Of a stretch of 64,000 bases of DNA, positions 58,674-64,000 are shown one piece after another. Origin of the DNA: Basidiobolus meristosporus CBS 931.73 (Eukaryota > Fungi > Basidiobolomycota); NCBI GenBank assembly GCA_002104905.1, contig MCFE01000264.1, forward strand, positions 44,362 through 108,361, written 5' to 3'. Each line of letters starts with the position of its first letter. The stretch's first letter is position 1. The translations under genes and the position numbers were made by a program. Under the pieces are notes generated by a model. That model was not told where the DNA came from. It saw only the letters and a program-made list of their open reading frames with translations, and did not search any database.

Positions 58674-61600
58674 TGTTGTAGAAATTCGTATTTTCCACCT
58701 AAATATTCACCTAACTTAGTCACTTAGATCATCACCTTCAAATCCTAGAGAATACTGACCAAATTCCTTGTCGGGATTTACTTAGAATATTTTCACCAAA
58801 ATACCAGGTACCCAGAACATGAAAATTCTCAAAGTTGTCCAAACAGCCCCAAACCTTGCACACATGTTCTTGGGACCTTCCTTAACCTATTCTACGTGTT
58901 TGTAATGCCAAGACCATGTAAAAGTATAAATACTACTTTTACATTCAATAAATCATTAAGTGAAAACCACATAATCTACTTGTTCTCCAAATCACTTCCA
59001 ATATCTCCAAGACTCTTACAACAGGTTATGAGCCCCGAGCTGTCACTCTCTGCAATGTCTACTACTGCTATTACTGGAATTTTTCCCTCTGCTGAAAAGT
59101 TGGATGGATCTAACTACCAAGTGTGGAAGGTGAAGATGAAGATGCTGCTGCAAGAAAGAGGCCTTTGGGATATTGTCATGGGAGAAGAATGCCCACCTAA
59201 AAACGTGGGAGAGGAAGCCTTAAAGTACCAGAAGAAAGAACAAAGTGCCTTTAACTGCATTTGCCTTAATGTCAAGGACAAATTGCTAATTCAATGCTCA
59301 AGAGCAAAAACGGTAAAGAATGCCTGGAAGGCATTAGAAGACACCTACCAGTCATGTTCAGCTGCCAAGAAAATGTATCTGAGAAGAAAATTCTTTACTA
59401 CAAAGATGCTGCCAGGAGAAGAAATGAAAAATCTAATTAACAGAATTACCCTGCTGGTAGATGAGATGGAATCTGTGGGCGTACCAACTACTGATGAGGA
59501 TGTGATAGTTACCATCCTGAATAGCCTGACAGACAAGTTTCAGGGCCTTGTATCAGCCCTAGAGTCCAGAACTGAAGATTTGACCTTAAATTACGTATAT
59601 GGAAGGCTCCTGGATGAAGAATTAAGAAAATCAAGCGCCAATAAGAAGGAAGAAGAAAATGCTTTAATAAGCAATGATAACCAACAAAGGAGGTACCCAA
59701 GACCCTACAAAGGCAACAGCAACCTATTTTGCAACTACTGCAAAAGGAAAGGACACACATCAGACCGGTGTTTCAAAAAGAGAGATTATCAGCAAAAGAA
59801 GCCTGAATATGGAAATGCTGCAACAACTGAAGATAGACTATTCATATCTGCACTAAATATGACCACAAACAAGGATTCTCAGACGTGGTATATTGACTCT
59901 GGAGCTTCTCAACACTTTACACACCAAAAAGAACTTTTTACCCAATATCAAGAAATTCCAATTAAGAAGGTTTTCATGGGTGACAATAGAACACTTGATG
60001 CAGTGGGAGAAGAAACTATCCAAGTAAACCTTAGAAGCAGTGAAGGAAGCCATACACTGACCTTTAAAGAAGTACTCTATGTACCAGAAATAGCCAAGAA
60101 CCTACTCTCTGTAAGCAAGGCCACAGCAGAAGGACTCAGTTTCAGTTTTGACAATTCTGGATGCAGGATCACTGATCAAAATGGTGCTCATATTGCTTTG
60201 GGCATCAGAGATCAGAACCTATACAAGTTGACTTATATTCCATCATATCCGGAAGCCAATATAAGTAACTTAAATGAAGAAACACCAATGCTTTGGCACA
60301 GGAGATTTAGACACATCAATTTTGATTATTTGCGCAAAATGATCAAAGATCAGCTAATTTCTGGAGTGAAAATTAATCCCCCAGCTAATTTGGAGCACTG
60401 TGAAGCCTGCATATATGGGAAACAAGCCAGACAACCGTTCAAGAGCTCTGGGTTAATCAAAACTAAGAAAAAATTAGATCTAATTCACTCAGATCTGTGT
60501 GGACCTATGCAAAATTTATCCTTAGGCGGGATGAAGTATTTAATCACTTTTATTGATGATTATACAAGATACACATGGGTCTACTTCATGGAGAGAAAGG
60601 AAGAAGCTCTGTCTAAGCTCAGGGAGTTTAAAGCCATGGTGGAGAGAGAAACTGGTGAAAAAATCAAGAAAATACGCTCTGACAATGGTGGAGAATATAC
60701 CTCAAAACTCTTCATCCACTTCTGCAAAATTCATGGGATAAAGCAAGAGACTACTGTACCATACTCCCCACAGCAAAATGGAGTAGCAGAACGAGCTAAC
60801 AGATCAATAATTGATATGGCAAGATCTATGATCCATGATCAAAAATTATCCTATGATTTTTGGGCGGAATCAGTTGCCACTGCTGTATATCTTAAAAATA
60901 GGAGTTATAACAGAATACTTCGTGATTCTACTCCATTTGAAGCATGGTATGGATACAGACCAAGTGCAGAACATCTAAGAATATTTGGGTGCACAGCATA
61001 TGCCAAAAAACTGGCCGGAAATCAGTCAAAATTTGAGCCAAAAAGTGTAAAATGCATATTTTTGGGCTACTGCAATGAGAGTAAGGCATACAGACTCTAC
61101 AATACCAAAGCAAAGAAGCTTATCAAGTCCAGGGATGTGTTGTTTGATGAAAATTCAAAATTTTCACAAAAAATGACATCAGATGATGACGAAAATTTAA
61201 TCTCAAGTCCACCAATTGTCAGGATTGAATCAGAGCAAAACAATGAAAATTTTTTCACTCCAGAGGACTCAACAACCGTGGTTCAGCCAGAATCAGTGCC
61301 CAGGAATATCCCAGAAGTGATCATTCCAGTATCAAATGCCCGGAGATCCAATCGGACAAGAAATAGCCCAAATTACTATATCAATGAGGGTACAAACTTA
61401 GCCTATGCCTATTCAGTCCATATTGATGAACCCCAGACTGTAAAAGAGGCCCTAAATAGCCCTCAGACAAAGTTTTGGAGATCTGCAATGACTGAGGAAT
61501 ATCAGGCCCTGATGGAAAATCAAACTTGGGACTTAGTCAAATTACCAATCAACTGAAAATCAATTGGATGCAGATGGGTCTTCAAGACAAAATACAAGGC

Positions 61601-63359
61601 TGATGGTACAATTGAAAGATACAAAGCAAGACTTGTAGCCAAAGGATACTCTCAAACAAAAGGACTTGACTATACTGAGACCTTTGCACCGGTAGCCAAG
61701 TTTAATTCCATCAGATTAATATTGGCTATTGCAGCCAAATATAAGTTTTTTATTCATCAAATGGATGTAAAAACTGCATTTTTGAATGGAGAACTTGATG
61801 AGGACGTGTATATGGACCAGCCTGATGGGTTTGTTGACCAAGATAACCCCCATTTGGTCTGCAAGCTTAAAAAGTCACTATATGGTCTCAAACAATCACC
61901 AAGAGCCTGGAATTGCAAGATAGATTCTTATTTGGAATCTTTGAGTTTCAAAAGGAGTAATGCTGACTATAGTATATACTATAAGCCAGATAGAGCAAAT
62001 CCAGTTCTATTAGCTCTATATGTGGATGATCTTATTATAGCCGCCAATAACCTAGAAACATTGGAAGAGACTAAATCCAGCCTATCTAAGGAGTTCAAGA
62101 TGTCCGATCTAGGAGAACTTAGTTACTACTTAGGGATTAAGTTCTCCATAGACTGAAGTACCCAGACTATTACCCTAAGCCAATCCAAGTATATTCAAGA
62201 TATACTAAAGAAGTACCAAATGGAAGACTGTAAACCGGCAGCTACCCCAATGGAGACAAACCTTAACTTGGTCAAAACTCAACCAAATCAAGAGAGCTTG
62301 GTGCCATCTGAAAGCCCTGACTTTCCTTATCAATCTATGGTCGGCAGTCTGATGTATATCATGCTTGGAACACGTCCAGATATCTCATATTCAGTGGGAG
62401 TTGTCAGTCAACATAATCAGAATTATGGATCTGATCATATTGCAGCAGTTAAGCGGATTTTTAGATACCTAAAAGGAACTGCTGATATCTGCTTAAGATA
62501 CACTTATAAGGATTCAGAACAGGATCTTGTGGGATACTCTGATGCTGATTGGGGTCGAAATTTAGAAGACAGAAGATCCACCACAGGATACACCTTTCTT
62601 TACTGTAAAGGAGCCATTTCATGGAATTCAAGAAAGCAACCAACCGTAGCACTTTCTACTACAGAGGAAGAGTATATGGCAGCCTGTGAAGCTACAAAAG
62701 AAGCAATGTGGTTAAGAAAGCTCTTTACAGATTTAGGCCTATGTCAAAAAACGCCTATTACTTTATTTCAAGATAATCAAGGATGTATACAATTAGGTAG
62801 AAATCCAACTTTTCATGCTAGAACCAAGCACATAGATATTAGACATCATCTCATACATGAAGCTATAGAGAATAACTTAGTTAGCTTAGTTTACTGTCCT
62901 ACAGATGAAATGATTGCAGACATATTTACCAAACCATTAGCTAGAGACAAGTTTGAATATTTTAGGTCAAAATTAGGACTAGTCAGTATGAACATTTAGC
63001 TGAGTGGGAGTGTTGTAAAAATTCGTATTTTCCACCTAAATATTCACCTAACTTAGTCACTTAGATCATCACCTTCAAATCCTAGAGAATACTGACCAAA
63101 TTCCTTGTCGGGATTTACTTAGAATATTTTCACCAAAATACCAGGTACCCAGAACATGAAAATTCTCAAAGTTGTCCAAACAGCCCCAAACTTGCACACA
63201 TGTTCTTGGGACCTTCCTTAACCTATTCTACGTGTTTGTAATGCCAAGACCATGTAAAAGTATAAATACTACTTTTACATTCAATAAATCATTAAGTGAA
63301 AACCACCTAATCTACTTGTTCTCCAAATCACTTCCAATATCTCCAAGACTCTTACAACA
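58674..63359 (+). mobile_element. Full-length Ty1/copia, copy 3 (LTRs 58674..59023 and 63011..63359; TSD AAAAC)
   Basis: LTRs differ at 3 positions by eye. Perfect TSD at 58669..58673 and 63360..63364. PPT TGAGTGGGAG at 63001..63010. Confidence 0.97.
59028..62999 (+). pseudogene. Copia gag-pol of copy 3, single frame with two nonsense codons
   Basis: TGA at 61554..61556 (CGA in copy 2) and TGA at 62154..62156 (AGA in copies 1 and 2). All three ORF pieces are in the same frame. Confidence 0.92.
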
Positions 63360-64000
63360 AAAACCACATAATCTACTTGTCCTCCTAATCACTTCCAATG
63401 TCTCCAAGACTCTTACAACAGGTTATGAGCCCCAAGCTGTCACTCTCTGCAATGTCTACTACTGCTATTACTGGAATTTTTCCCTCTGCTGAAAAGTTGG
63501 ATGGATCTAACTACCAAGTGTGGAAGGTGAAGATGAAGATGCTGCTACAAGAAAGAGGCCTTTGGGATATTGTCATGGGAGAAGAATGCCCTCCTAAAAA
63601 TGTGGGAGAGGAAGCCTTAAAGTACCAGAAGAAAGAGCAAAGTGCCTTTAACTGCATTTGCCTTAATGTCAAGGACAAATTGCTAATTCAATGCTCAAGA
63701 GCAAAAACAGCAAAGAATGCCTGGAAAGCATTAGAAGACACCTACCAGTCATGTTCAGCTGCCAAGAAAATGTATCTGAGACAAAAATTCTTTACTACAA
63801 AGATGCTGCCAGGAGAAGAAATGAAAAATCTAATTAACAGAATTACCCTGCTGGTAGATGAGATGGAATCTGTGGGCGTACCAACTACTGATGAGGATGT
63901 GATAGTTACCATCCTGAATAGCCTGACAGACAAGTTTCAGGGCCTTGTATCAGCCCTAGAGTCCAGAACTGAAGAATTTGACCTTAAATTACGTATATGG

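Larger units (their letters stand above)
58381..64000 (+). mobile_element. Copia copy 4 (outer): 5' LTR split into 58381..58673 and 63365..63420, PBS 63421..63432, gag from 63425 running off the window
   Basis: The LTR halves join perfectly across the AAAAC duplication, and gag matches the other copies. Confidence 0.93.

Noticed and set aside
58896-59027. 44-codon N-terminal extension of Gag reading through the 5' LTR (also 14992..15123, 36049..36180)
   Set aside because: The GTG/ATG starts lie upstream of the LTR TATA-like motif (58925..58931), so they are unlikely to be on the transcript. The three copies are not independent evidence.
11382-63933. Many recurring 60-110 aa ORFs inside the repeat block
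   Set aside because: They are alternative-frame or antisense shadows of copia and CACTA sequence, and recur only because the elements are repeated.
9500-64000. Regularly recurring ~350 bp and ~1 kb repeats considered as CRISPR, satellite or segmental duplication
   Set aside because: They resolve into LTRs and dispersed elements with TSDs. There is no repeat-spacer periodicity and no cas gene.

Overview
Eukaryotic DNA, most likely from an early-diverging fungus (inference from gene content and a short GTAAGT..TAG intron). The window has two sharply different parts. Bases 1 to ~9430 are gene-bearing with normal CpG content. They hold an intronless cofactor-independent phosphoglycerate mutase (3388..4920) and a two-exon secreted GH18 chitinase with a CBM19-like module and a CBM2-like tail (7027..8846). 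From ~9430 to 64000 is a ~54.5 kb block of nested transposable elements, almost devoid of CpG, with no host gene I can recognise. The block contains: (a) a young Ty1/copia family with ~350 bp LTRs and a Ty5/copia-type half-tRNA(iMet) primer-binding site, present as three full-length copies, a fourth running off the window, and older relics; (b) several degenerate CACTA/EnSpm copies with CCCTATG termini and two divergent genes; (c) a PIF/Harbinger-like element with AGACTTGT TIRs and a 3-bp TSD; (d) four copies of a ~1.07 kb non-coding TGT...ACA element whose 4-bp TSDs all reconstruct to CpG-centred sites; (e) a 521 bp solo LTR. The most interesting signals are the CpG-centred target site of the 1.07 kb element, a shared target motif at several copia insertions, and the abrupt CpG-decay boundary. 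No rRNA, tRNA or CRISPR array was seen. All alignments and counts were done by eye.
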